Source: Steroidobacteraceae bacterium
GTDB lineage: Bacteria > Pseudomonadota > Gammaproteobacteria > Steroidobacterales > Steroidobacteraceae
DNA length: 64,000 bases
Assembly: GCA_035542535.1 (NCBI GenBank)
Contig: DATKLG010000004.1
Coordinates: 20,672-84,671 of the forward strand
Reading direction: 5' to 3'
The notes beneath the pieces were generated by a model. It saw nothing but the letters and a program-made list of their open reading frames with translations. It made no database searches and had not been told where the DNA came from. Positions 18,599-29,255 of this stretch are shown piece after piece. Within the stretch, counting starts at the first letter, position 1, and every line of letters begins with the position of its first letter. Made by a program: the position numbers and the translations under genes.

Positions 18599-19478
18599 AC
18601 GGCACGGCGAGCAGCAGCGTCCAGGCGAGCACCAGCCACCCGACGAAGCCGTCGAAACGGCTGAGGAGAAATCCGAGTGCGGCCTCGCGCCGCGGCGTGG
18701 TGAGCTCGTGCGCCACCAGCATGACCCACACCCAGCCGGCGTGCAGTCCGAGGCACGCGGCGATGTTTCCGGTCGCCTGCCGGATGAGCGCGAGCACCAC
18801 GCCGACCGCCGCCAGCGCGAGGAAGGCGTCGGCGATGGCGCCGAAGTGCGCGAAGGCCGCGAGCGACTGCCCGAGGAGCGCCAGCCCGCTCCAGGGCGTC
18901 ACGTCCTCCGGCGCGATGCGTACCTTGCCGAAGAAATGCGTGGCCGCGTATACGAGCGCCGTGAGGAGCACCGCGGTGCGCGCCCCCGACTCGCGCTCGA
19001 TGGCCGTGTACATCGCGCCGCGGAGGAAGGTCTCCTCGATGAACGCCACGGCCAGACCGCTCGCGAGGCGCGCGATGAGCAGCTGCGCCAGCGCCCCCGC
19101 GCCGAGGCCCGCGGCCCCCGACCAGTCGAGGAGTCCGAGCGCGCTCATCGCCGCCACGATGGCGAGCATGGTGGCGACGCCGAGCGCGAGTCCCACCAGC
19201 ATCTCGCGCACGAATGCCCGCCGTGGCAGGCCGTAGCCGAGGCTCGCGCGGTCGGCGAGCCCGAGGCGGCGCGCGAGAAGCACGAACCCGGCGGCGAGCG
19301 TCAGCATCCCCAGGCGCTCGCCGATGCGGTGAAAGGCAAAATCAAAGTGCGGATGCAACAGCAGCCAGGCCGGCCAGGTACCGAGCGCGACGACCGCAAA
19401 CGCCGCCGCAAAGAGCAGGAGGAACCAGGCAAAGGCTCGCACGGCGGGTATCCTCAGGCCTCGAGGTGGCGGCGCCAC
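18561..19478 (-). CDS. CPBP family (CAAX/Abi-type) intramembrane glutamic protease
   Basis: Multi-TM protein with the motifs FIEETFLRGAMY (EExxxR) and YAATHF. The start is GTG 19478 or GTG 19442. The last ~13 codons lie inside repeat copy A. Confidence 0.75.
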   Translation of the reverse strand: MAPPPRGLRIPAVRAFAWFLLLFAAAFAVVALGTWPAWLLLHPHFDFAFHRIGERLGMLTLAAGFVLLARRLGLADRASLGYGLPRRAFVREMLVGLALGVATMLAIVAAMSALGLLDWSGAAGLGAGALAQLLIARLASGLAVAFIEETFLRGAMYTAIERESGARTAVLLTALVYAATHFFGKVRIAPEDVTPWSGLALLGQSLAAFAHFGAIADAFLALAAVGVVLALIRQATGNIAACLGLHAGWVWVMLVAHELTTPRREAALGFLLSRFDGFVGWLVLAWTLLLAVPLWRFFAGRRSTE

Positions 19479-20518
19479 TCGCCGGCGATCACCGACAGAC
19501 GGAAGCGCGGGTCGGGCCCGACCCGCGGCCGCGCGCCGTCGCGCCAGCGCGCGATGCGCTCGATGCAGCGGTCGAACAGCCCGAGGCAGTCGGCCGCGAG
19601 CGCCGGGAGCGCGCGCCAGCGCGGCTCGAGCCGGTGCAGCGGCGCCTCATAGGCGCGCTGCGCCCAGCTCAGCGGCAGCAGCTCGTCCCCAGCGCCGAGC
19701 ACTTCGCGCGCCGCTCCGCAGTCGTAGGTCAGCACCGGCGTGCCCACGGCGTGGGATTCGGCGAACACCAGGCCGAAGGTCTCGGGGATCACGAAGTTCG
19801 GGCTGAAGGTGCAGAGCGCCGCGCGCGTCTCCGCCAGCACGCGCGCGTGCGGCAGCGATCCCAGCCACTCGACGCCGGCGATTCCCGCGGCGGCGAAGCT
19901 CTTGTAGCCCGGATTGGCGACGCACAGCCGCAGCTCCGGCATGCGCCGCCGCAACGCGCGGAAAGCATCCAGCGCGAAGCGCAGTCCCTTGTTGGGAGAG
20001 GAGAGGAACACGAGCTTGTCCGAATCGACCGGGGTGGCGTCGGGCACGATCGCGTCATCGACCGGGTTGTAGATGCGCTCGACGGCGAGGCCGTCGCAGC
20101 CTGCGAGGCCTGCCACGGTGGCCGCGACGCGCTCCCGCTGGTAGTCCGACACGCACACGATCGCGGGCTGCAGAAGGCGCAGCTCCGGCTGCGCGCGCGC
20201 GAACCAGCGGGCACGTGAGGAGCCGGGCTCGATGCGGTCGTGCACCCACAGTGTCAGGCGCGCGCCCGGAAAGAGACGCGCCGCGGTCTTGAGCGCCCGC
20301 GGATCGCGCAGCACCACGACGTGCCGCACGTGCGCCACGGCGCTCGGCGGCCGGAAGCGGCCCTGCGCCTCGGTGCGGTTGTGCTGCGCCACCCAGGCAT
20401 CGAGGGCAACCGCTATGCGCACCGTGCTCGCCTCGGTGCCGGCCAGGCCCGCCGCGCGCAGGCTCTCCTCGCCGTAGGGGCGCGGGCACAGCGGATCGAA
20501 GAACAGGAGTGGTGCCAT
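19454..20518 (-). CDS. glycosyltransferase, GT4/group-1 family
   Basis: It has a GT-B C-terminal signature (FSPNFVIPETFGLVFAESHAVGTPVLTYDCGAAREVL). ATG 20518 (MAPLLFFDP) is preferred over the track start at 20590. Confidence 0.75.
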   Translation of the reverse strand: MAPLLFFDPLCPRPYGEESLRAAGLAGTEASTVRIAVALDAWVAQHNRTEAQGRFRPPSAVAHVRHVVVLRDPRALKTAARLFPGARLTLWVHDRIEPGSSRARWFARAQPELRLLQPAIVCVSDYQRERVAATVAGLAGCDGLAVERIYNPVDDAIVPDATPVDSDKLVFLSSPNKGLRFALDAFRALRRRMPELRLCVANPGYKSFAAAGIAGVEWLGSLPHARVLAETRAALCTFSPNFVIPETFGLVFAESHAVGTPVLTYDCGAAREVLGAGDELLPLSWAQRAYEAPLHRLEPRWRALPALAADCLGLFDRCIERIARWRDGARPRVGPDPRFRLSVIAGEWRRHLEA

Positions 20519-20598
20519 CGTGCGGCTCGAACCTTCAGCGGCGCGCGCAACACGCAGCGGGAGACTTGCCGGAGGCCGGTACTCTACCATTCGTGCCG

Positions 20599-21651
20599 AT
20601 GTCAGCCGCGAGCGCCCGGTTGCTGTTCATCCCGGTATCGGGACCCCGGGGTATGGGGGAGTACGCGCGCTGCCTGGCGCTCGCCACGGCGCTCAGGCTC
20701 CGCGCGCCCGAGGTCGAGGCGCATTTCGTGTTGAGCCGCGCCGCGCCCTATGCCGCCGATACGCCGTTTGCGACCACGCTCCTGCCCTCCTCCGCGACCT
20801 TCCACCCGCGCGAGGTGAGCGCGCTCATCCGCGAGCTCGCCCCGCGCGTCGTGGTGTTCGACAACGCCGGCCGCACGGCGCAGCTGCGCGCGGCGCACGC
20901 GGCCGGCGCGCGCGTGGTGTGGGTCAGCTCGCGCCGCCGGCAGCGCCGCAAGGCCTTCCGCCTGCGCTGGATGCGAATGATCGACGAGCACTGGATTGCG
21001 TACCCGCAGTTCATCGCCGGGGCGCCGAGCCTCATCGAGCGACTCAAGCTCGCTATTCTGCAGCGGCCGCGGATACGTTACGTCGACACCCTGCTGCCCG
21101 CTGCGGATCCGGCGCGCGCGGCCGGGTGTCTGGCGCGCTTCGGGCTCGCCTCCGGCCGGTACGTGCTGATCGTGCCCGGTGGCGGCAGCTCCCACCCCGG
21201 TGCGGAGCGCGCTCCGGCGATCGTCGCCGCGGCCGCCCGCGCCATCGCACGGCGCGGCGAGCCGACGCTGCTCGTGGGCCAGGATGCCGCCGACGGCGGC
21301 GAGCGCCCACCGCGGCTCGAGGTGGCCGCGCGCCTGCCGCCGGCGGAGCTCGTCGAGCTGATCCGCAGCGCGCGCCTGGTGGTCTGCAACGGCGGCGACA
21401 CGCTACTGCAGGCGCTCGCCTGCGCGCGTCCCTGCGTCGCGGTGCCGATCGCCCATGATCAGGCCCATCGCATCGACTGCTGTGTGCGCGCCGGCCTCGC
21501 GACGCGCGCCGAGCTCGCACCCCAGGCTATCGAAAGTGCGGCGTTCGCCGCCCTCGAGCGCGGCCCAGGGCCGCGCGACCCTACCGGCGAGGCGCGGGTG
21601 CGCGACTGCATGGAGGAGGTGCTCGACGCCCTGGGGAGAATGCTCGCCTGA
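20599..21651 (+). CDS. glycosyltransferase, MurG/UDP-glycosyltransferase-like (GT28 C-terminal type)
   Basis: The gene starts MSAASARLLFIPVSGPRGMGEYARCLALA. The C-terminal nucleotide-sugar binding region is LVVCNGGDTLLQALACARPCVAVPIAHDQ. It is divergent from the GT4 gene. Confidence 0.6.
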   Translation: MSAASARLLFIPVSGPRGMGEYARCLALATALRLRAPEVEAHFVLSRAAPYAADTPFATTLLPSSATFHPREVSALIRELAPRVVVFDNAGRTAQLRAAHAAGARVVWVSSRRRQRRKAFRLRWMRMIDEHWIAYPQFIAGAPSLIERLKLAILQRPRIRYVDTLLPAADPARAAGCLARFGLASGRYVLIVPGGGSSHPGAERAPAIVAAAARAIARRGEPTLLVGQDAADGGERPPRLEVAARLPPAELVELIRSARLVVCNGGDTLLQALACARPCVAVPIAHDQAHRIDCCVRAGLATRAELAPQAIESAAFAALERGPGPRDPTGEARVRDCMEEVLDALGRMLA

Positions 21652-21652
21652 C

Positions 21653-23035
21653 TCAGCCGCCCGCTGCACGCAGCTGCTTCAGGAGCTTCTCGTGCAGGCC
21701 GCCGAAGCCGCCGTTGCTCATGATGAGCACGTGATCGCCCGGGCGCGCCGCCCGCGCCAGCTCGCGCGCGAGCGTGTCGACGTCGCCGGCGCAGCGTGCC
21801 CGGGACCCAAGCGCCCCGAGCACCACGCTCGCATCCCAGCCGAGGTCCGCCGGCGCATAGAGCCACACCTCGTCGGCGCGCGCGAGCGAAGGGGCGAGCG
21901 TATCGCGGTGTACTCCCATGCGCATGGTATGCGAGCGCGGCTCGAGCACCGCGACGATGCGCTCCGCCGGCCCGACGCGGCGGCGCAGGCCGTCGAGCGT
22001 GGTGGCGATGGCGGTGGGGTGATGCGCGAAGTCGTCGTAGACGCGCACGCCGCGCACCTCGCCGCGCAGCTGCATGCGGCGCGCGACCCCGCGGAACTGC
22101 GCGAGCGCCTCGATGGCGCGCGGCACCGGCACCCCGGCGTGGCGCGCGGCGGCAATCGCCGCGAGCGCGTTCTCGGCGTTGTGCGCGCCGATCAGCTGCC
22201 AGGCCACCGTGCCGTGCACGCGCCCCGCCTCGAGTACCTCGAAGCGCGAGAAATCCTCCGCCCCGGGCGGCACCGAGAGGCTCCACAGCGCCGCCGCGCT
22301 CGCCGCGCGCGCAAAACCCTCGAGCGGCGTCCACACGCCCATCGCGAGCGTCTCCCTGAGGCGCGCGTCGGCCGCGTTCCACACGATGCGACCGCCGCCC
22401 GGAACGATGCGTACCAGGTGGTGGAACTGTCGCTGGATCGCGCCGACGTCCGCATAGATGTCGGCGTGGTCGAACTCGAGGTTGTTGAGCACCACGGTGC
22501 GCGGCCGGTAGTGGACGAACTTGGCGCGCTTGTCGAAGAAGGCGGTGTCGTACTCGTCGGCCTCGATGACGAAGAACGGGGTGCTGCCGAGCCGCGCGCT
22601 CACCGCGAAGTTCGCCGGCACGCCGCCGATCAGGAACCCGGGGTCGAGTCCGGCGTGCTCGAGGATCCAGGCGAGGAGCGAGGAGGTGGTGGTCTTGCCG
22701 TGCGTGCCCGCCACCGCCAGCACCCAGCGGTCCTTCAGGACCTCGCGCGCCAGCCACTCCGGTCCCGAGACGTACGGGCGGCCGCTCTCGAGCAGCGCCT
22801 CGACGACCGGCATGCCGCGCGTCATGACGTTACCGACCACGACCACGTCGGGAGCGAGCGCGAGCTGCTCGGCGCCGAATCCGGCCGTGACCTCGATGCC
22901 GAGCGCTTCGAGCTGCGTGCTCATCGGCGGGTACAGGTCGCGATCGGAGCCGGTGACGCGCCAGCCCGCCGCGCGCGCGATCGCCGCGACGCCGCCCATG
23001 AACGTGCCGCCGATGCCGAGGATGTGAACGTGCAC
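21653..23035 (-). CDS. mpl: UDP-N-acetylmuramate:L-alanyl-gamma-D-glutamyl-meso-diaminopimelate ligase (murein peptide ligase)
   Basis: (V)HVHILGIGGTFMGGVAAIARAAGWRVTGSDRDLYPPMSTQL and the Mur-ligase P-loop AVAGTHGKTTTSS are present. GTG 23035 gives 460 aa; the 658-aa track ORF is an upstream extension. Confidence 0.9.
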   Translation of the reverse strand: MHVHILGIGGTFMGGVAAIARAAGWRVTGSDRDLYPPMSTQLEALGIEVTAGFGAEQLALAPDVVVVGNVMTRGMPVVEALLESGRPYVSGPEWLAREVLKDRWVLAVAGTHGKTTTSSLLAWILEHAGLDPGFLIGGVPANFAVSARLGSTPFFVIEADEYDTAFFDKRAKFVHYRPRTVVLNNLEFDHADIYADVGAIQRQFHHLVRIVPGGGRIVWNAADARLRETLAMGVWTPLEGFARAASAAALWSLSVPPGAEDFSRFEVLEAGRVHGTVAWQLIGAHNAENALAAIAAARHAGVPVPRAIEALAQFRGVARRMQLRGEVRGVRVYDDFAHHPTAIATTLDGLRRRVGPAERIVAVLEPRSHTMRMGVHRDTLAPSLARADEVWLYAPADLGWDASVVLGALGSRARCAGDVDTLARELARAARPGDHVLIMSNGGFGGLHEKLLKQLRAAGG

Positions 23036-23046
23036 GCGGCGCCTCC

Positions 23047-23565
23047 TCAGGCGGGGCCGGCGGGGAACAGCGCAAACACCAGCAGCTGCGCCGCGACGAT
23101 CTGCAGGATGACGAGCGCCACGCTCGAGGCGCTCGACCAGTCGAGCGCGGCCTTCACCACGTAGCTGTTGGCGGCGATCAGCCAGATCACCAGCGCAAGT
23201 CCCGCCACCGCGATCGGCAGTTGCCAGGTCGTATCCTGTCCGAAGCGGCGCATCAGCCACTCGGATGCGAGCAGCAGCGGCGACAGCACCGACTGGAAGC
23301 CGAACACGGCGGTCGCGGTCTGCAGGAAGCGCTCGCGCCGGCCGGTGAGCTGCAGCAGCGCCGCATACCAGGCGAGCGTGAACAGCACGTCGAGGGCCAG
23401 CTGCGGCGCCCACCCGGAGCCCGGCGGCAGCAGGCTGCTGACGAGGGCATTGACCGCCGTATAACCGCAGATGGTGAGGATGAGCAGCAGGCGCGAGACC
23501 GGCAGGTCCTGCGGCCCGCGGCGCAGCAGCGCTATCTGCACGTACAGACGGATGGCGTCCCGCAT
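23047..23565 (-). CDS. hypothetical integral membrane protein (4-5 TM)
   Basis: 172 aa with several hydrophobic segments (LLLILTICGYTAVNALVSSLL, LALDVLFTLAWYAALL, IAVAGLALVIWLIAA, VALVILQIVAAQLLVFALF). It ends 11 nt upstream of mpl on the same strand. I could assign no family. Confidence 0.5.
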   Translation of the reverse strand: MRDAIRLYVQIALLRRGPQDLPVSRLLLILTICGYTAVNALVSSLLPPGSGWAPQLALDVLFTLAWYAALLQLTGRRERFLQTATAVFGFQSVLSPLLLASEWLMRRFGQDTTWQLPIAVAGLALVIWLIAANSYVVKAALDWSSASSVALVILQIVAAQLLVFALFPAGPA

Positions 23566-23634
23566 GCCTTTCGATACCGGCGCAGCCTGCGCATAATTGC
23601 GCCGGTCCGATTGTACAGATCATCGTCATAGCCT

Positions 23635-24717
23635 TTGCAGAACACCGTCACGACAGCGCCGGCTCTGGCCGATGTTTGCGCGCGCCTTGCGGGTGAGGCG
23701 CGTATCGGGCTCGACACCGAGTTCCTGCGCGAGCGCACCTACCACGCGCGCCTGTGCCTGGTGCAGCTGGCCGCGCCCACCGAGGCGCTGTGCGTCGATC
23801 CGCTCACCTTCCCCGAGCTCGCCCCTCTCGGAGCGCTGCTCGCAGCTCCTGGCACGGTCAAGGTCATGCATGCCTCGCGCCAGGATCTGGAGGTGCTGTA
23901 CCCGCTCGCCGGCCTGACGCGCCCGGTGTACGACACGCAGCTGGCCGCGGCGCTGGCCGGCTTCCCGGCGCAGGTCGGCTACGCGGAGCTCGCGCGCCGG
24001 CTGCTGCAGCGCGAGCTCGCCAAGTCTCACACCCGCACCGACTGGTCGCGGCGGCCGCTGTCGCCGGAGCAGATCGAATATGCGCTCGACGACGTGCGTT
24101 ATCTGCTGCCGATCGCGGCGGCGCTGGACGAGCGGCTCGCGCGCCTCGGCCGCCTCGCCTGGCTCGCTGAGGAGCTCTCCGCCCTCGAGGAAACGCGCGG
24201 CTTCGTCCCCGAGCCGGACGAGGCCTGGCAGCGCGTGCGCGGCTTGCGCGGACTCGATCCCGGGCGCGAGCGCCTGGCGCGCAGCCTCGGCGCCTGGCGT
24301 GAGCGGCGCGCGCTCGAGCACGACCGCCCGCGCGGCTGGATCCTGGAAGATGGCGCCCTGCGCGAGATCGTGCTGCGCGTTCCGCGCACGGCGGCGCAGC
24401 TGGCCGCAATCGGCGAGTTGCCCGCCGGAGTGCTGAAGCACAGCGGCGCCGAGCTCCTCAAGTGCGTGGCGGCGGCCGACATCCCCGATCCTGCTCCCCC
24501 GGTTGCGGGCAGGGCGCCGTCCGACCCCGCGAGAAACGCGCTGGTCCGCAAGCTCGGCGGTATCAGCCAGGCGGTCGCCGCGGAGCTCGGCCTGGTTCCG
24601 GAGGTGCTGGCGACCCGGCGCGAGCTCGAGCTCCTTGCCGACGGGCGGCGCGACGGCGCGGTGCTGCGCGGCTGGCGCCGCAGTGTGCTCGGGGAGCGCC
24701 TGCTCGCCGCCTTGTGA
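23635..24717 (+). CDS. rnd: ribonuclease D
   Basis: It has a DEDD exonuclease motif (IGLDTEFLRERTY), YALDDVRYL and a C-terminal HRDC-like region. The only in-frame start is TTG 23635. Confidence 0.9.
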   Translation: MQNTVTTAPALADVCARLAGEARIGLDTEFLRERTYHARLCLVQLAAPTEALCVDPLTFPELAPLGALLAAPGTVKVMHASRQDLEVLYPLAGLTRPVYDTQLAAALAGFPAQVGYAELARRLLQRELAKSHTRTDWSRRPLSPEQIEYALDDVRYLLPIAAALDERLARLGRLAWLAEELSALEETRGFVPEPDEAWQRVRGLRGLDPGRERLARSLGAWRERRALEHDRPRGWILEDGALREIVLRVPRTAAQLAAIGELPAGVLKHSGAELLKCVAAADIPDPAPPVAGRAPSDPARNALVRKLGGISQAVAAELGLVPEVLATRRELELLADGRRDGAVLRGWRRSVLGERLLAAL

Positions 24718-24750
24718 GGCTCGGCGCGCTCGAGCGAGCGACGGCTTGGG

Positions 24751-25623
24751 TCAGCGCCGGCCGCGCCGGCGCGTCCCGCCGCGCTTCGGCGCAGCGCCGC
24801 GCCGGGTCTTGGGTGCGCGGCGTGGCGGCGGCTTCTTGCCGGCGGGCTTGCGGCGCGCCGCGCCGCGGGTAGCCGCCCTGCGGCCCTTGACCACCCGAGC
24901 CGCTGCCTTGGCGCGCACTGCGCGCCGCACCGCGGGGCTCGCGCGGCGGTTGCGGCCGGCGCGCGCGGCGAGCCCGAGCGCCCGGGCGAGGCGCTGCGTC
25001 ACCGCATCGACCTCGCCCGCCGCGTCGATGACCCGCAGAAGGCCACGCGACTGGTAGAAGGCGATCAGCGGCCGGGTCTTCTCCTCGTAGACCCGCAGCC
25101 GCTCGGCGACCGTCGCCTCGTTGTCGTCGGCGCGCTGCACGAGACGGTGCGCAGCGCCGGTCTTGGGGCAAATGGCGGCGGCGCCGCTCGGCGGCGGCGA
25201 GGTCAGCACGTTGAAGACGCGCCCGCAGTCGGCGCAGGTGCGGCGCCCGGAGATCCGGCGCACGAGCTCTTCCCGGTCCACCTCGAACTGCACCACTGCA
25301 TCGAGCGGCTGCTTGAGCTCGCCCAGCAGGCCGTCGAGCTCCGCCGCCTGCACCAGGTTGCGCGGGAAGCCGTCGAGGATGAAGCCGGCGCGCGCGTCGG
25401 GCTCGGCGAGGCGCTCGCGGATCATGCCGAGCACGAGGGCATCGTCGACCAGGCGCCCGCCCTCCATGGCCTCCTTGGCGGCGAGACCGAGCCCGCTGCC
25501 ACGCGTCACCGCGGCGCGCAGCAGGTCGCCGGTCGAGATCTGGGGAATGCCGCTCCGCTCGGCCAGGCGGTGTGCCTGGGTGCCCTTGCCCGACCCCGGA
25601 GCCCCCAACAGGACGATGCGCAT
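24751..25623 (-). CDS. adk: adenylate kinase with ~72-aa basic C-terminal extension
   Basis: MRIVLLGAPGSGKGTQAHRLAE...ISTGDLLR and the Cys4 lid (CADCGRVF ... ICPKTG) are present. The canonical end is near ...VDAVTQRLARALG. It continues LAARAGRNRRASPAVRRAVRAKAAARVVKGRRAATRGAARRKPAGKKPPPRRAPKTRRGAAPKRGGTRRRGRR. Confidence 0.9.
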   Translation of the reverse strand: MRIVLLGAPGSGKGTQAHRLAERSGIPQISTGDLLRAAVTRGSGLGLAAKEAMEGGRLVDDALVLGMIRERLAEPDARAGFILDGFPRNLVQAAELDGLLGELKQPLDAVVQFEVDREELVRRISGRRTCADCGRVFNVLTSPPPSGAAAICPKTGAAHRLVQRADDNEATVAERLRVYEEKTRPLIAFYQSRGLLRVIDAAGEVDAVTQRLARALGLAARAGRNRRASPAVRRAVRAKAAARVVKGRRAATRGAARRKPAGKKPPPRRAPKTRRGAAPKRGGTRRRGRR

Positions 25624-25769
25624 GTTTTGTTTGGTGTGAGAACGCTGCCGCTGCAGCACGAAGGTGCGTCACGTTACCGAGCGCTCGCGACCGGGTCAAA
25701 CACGCTGCCGCCACCGCGCGGGCTGCGCTATTCTTGGCTGCGATCCCCCGCCCGCAAGCTCCGCCAGCC

Positions 25770-27038
25770 ATGAAAAAGACCGCCCGCAGCAACGCCTTCT
25801 ACGCACAGTCCGGCGGAGTCTCCGCCGTCATCAACGCCTCGGCCGCCGGCGTCATCGAGACCGCCATGCGCTCGAAGCACATCGGCAAAGTGTTCGCCGG
25901 GCGCGACGGCATCGTCGGCGCGCTCACCGAGGATCTGATCGACGTCGCGCGCGAGAGCGCGGCGACCATCCGCGCGCTCAAGCACACGCCGGCCGGCGCC
26001 TTCGGCTCGGCGCGCTTCAAGCTGAAGGGGCTCGAGCAGAACCGCGCCGAGTACCAGCGGCTGATCGACGTGTTCCGGGCGCACGACATCCGCTACTTTT
26101 TCTACAACGGCGGCAACGACTCGATGGACACCGCACTCAAGGTGTCGCAGCTCGGCGCCTCCCTCGGCTTCGCCGTCACGTGCGTCGGAGTGCCGAAGAC
26201 GGTCGACAACGATCTGCCGCATACCGACTGTTGCCCCGGCTTCGGCTCGGTCGCCAAGTACGTCGCGGTCTCGACGCGCGAAGCGGCGCTCGACGTGGCG
26301 TCGATGGCGCGCACCTCGACCAAGGTGTTCGTCTTCGAGGTGATGGGACGGCACGCCGGCTGGATCGCCGCCGCCGCCGGCCTCGCCGGGCGCGGCCTGG
26401 ACGAGCCGCCGCACGTCATCCTGTTCCCGGAGGTTGCCTTCGACGGGCGGCGCTTCCTCGACCGCGTCAAGCAGTGCGTGACCGACTACGGCTACTGCGT
26501 GATCGTAGTCTCCGAGGGCGCCGCCTACGAGGACGGCAAGTTCCTCGCCGACGCCGGCACGCGTGACGCCTTCGGGCACACCCAGCTCGGGGGTGTGGCC
26601 CCGGTGGTCGCCAACATGGTGCGCGAAGCGCACGGCTACAAGTACCACTGGGCGGTCGCGGACTACCTGCAGCGCTCGGCGCGCCACATCGCCTCGCGGG
26701 TCGACGTGGAGCAGGCCTATGCGGTCGGCAAGGCCGCGGTCGAGCTCGCCGTGGAGGGAGTGAACGCCGTGATGCCCACGATCGTGCGCAAGTCGTCGAA
26801 GCCCTACCGCTGGGTCATCGGGCACATACCGCTCGCCGAGGTCGCCAACAAGGAAAAGAAGCTGCCCAGCGAGTACCTGCGCGCGGACGGCTTCGGGATC
26901 AGCGAGGCCTGCCGGCGCTACCTCGAGCCGCTGGTGGCCGGCGAGGCCTATCCTCCCTACCGCAACGGCCTGCCGGACTACGTGCGCATCCGCGGCGTGG
27001 CCGTGAAGAAAAAGCTCAGCGAGGAATTCAAGCTCTGA
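25770..27038 (+). CDS. pfp: 6-phosphofructokinase, predicted pyrophosphate-dependent
   Basis: PFK family, 422 aa. It has GGNDS (Asp at the position of E. coli PfkA Gly104) and VGVPKTVDND (Lys at the position of Gly124). This is the residue pair associated with PPi rather than ATP use. Confidence 0.85.
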   Translation: MKKTARSNAFYAQSGGVSAVINASAAGVIETAMRSKHIGKVFAGRDGIVGALTEDLIDVARESAATIRALKHTPAGAFGSARFKLKGLEQNRAEYQRLIDVFRAHDIRYFFYNGGNDSMDTALKVSQLGASLGFAVTCVGVPKTVDNDLPHTDCCPGFGSVAKYVAVSTREAALDVASMARTSTKVFVFEVMGRHAGWIAAAAGLAGRGLDEPPHVILFPEVAFDGRRFLDRVKQCVTDYGYCVIVVSEGAAYEDGKFLADAGTRDAFGHTQLGGVAPVVANMVREAHGYKYHWAVADYLQRSARHIASRVDVEQAYAVGKAAVELAVEGVNAVMPTIVRKSSKPYRWVIGHIPLAEVANKEKKLPSEYLRADGFGISEACRRYLEPLVAGEAYPPYRNGLPDYVRIRGVAVKKKLSEEFKL

Positions 27039-27159
27039 CCCGAGGCACACGCGGCTGCCGAGCAGCTGACTTGCTGCGCTGCGGCGCCCGCCGCCGGGCC
27101 GGCCGTCGAGCGTGCCCCGCCGTGCTATAGTTCGCGGCCTTTTTTGGGGAGGTTTCGCG

Positions 27160-29214
<2,055 letters not shown>

Positions 29215-29255
29215 GCGCAAATGATGGCGCGACGCGGCAGCGCCGCGCGCGGGCG

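Noticed and set aside
29215-29255. GC-rich imperfect palindromes after hppA, and similar ones after rnd/adk (24718-24750), after the tlpA-like gene (54829-54849) and after BNR1 (41724-41757)
   Set aside because: The stems are short or imperfect, with large loops and no U-tract. I cannot distinguish them from background GC-rich self-complementarity, so they are not called as terminators.
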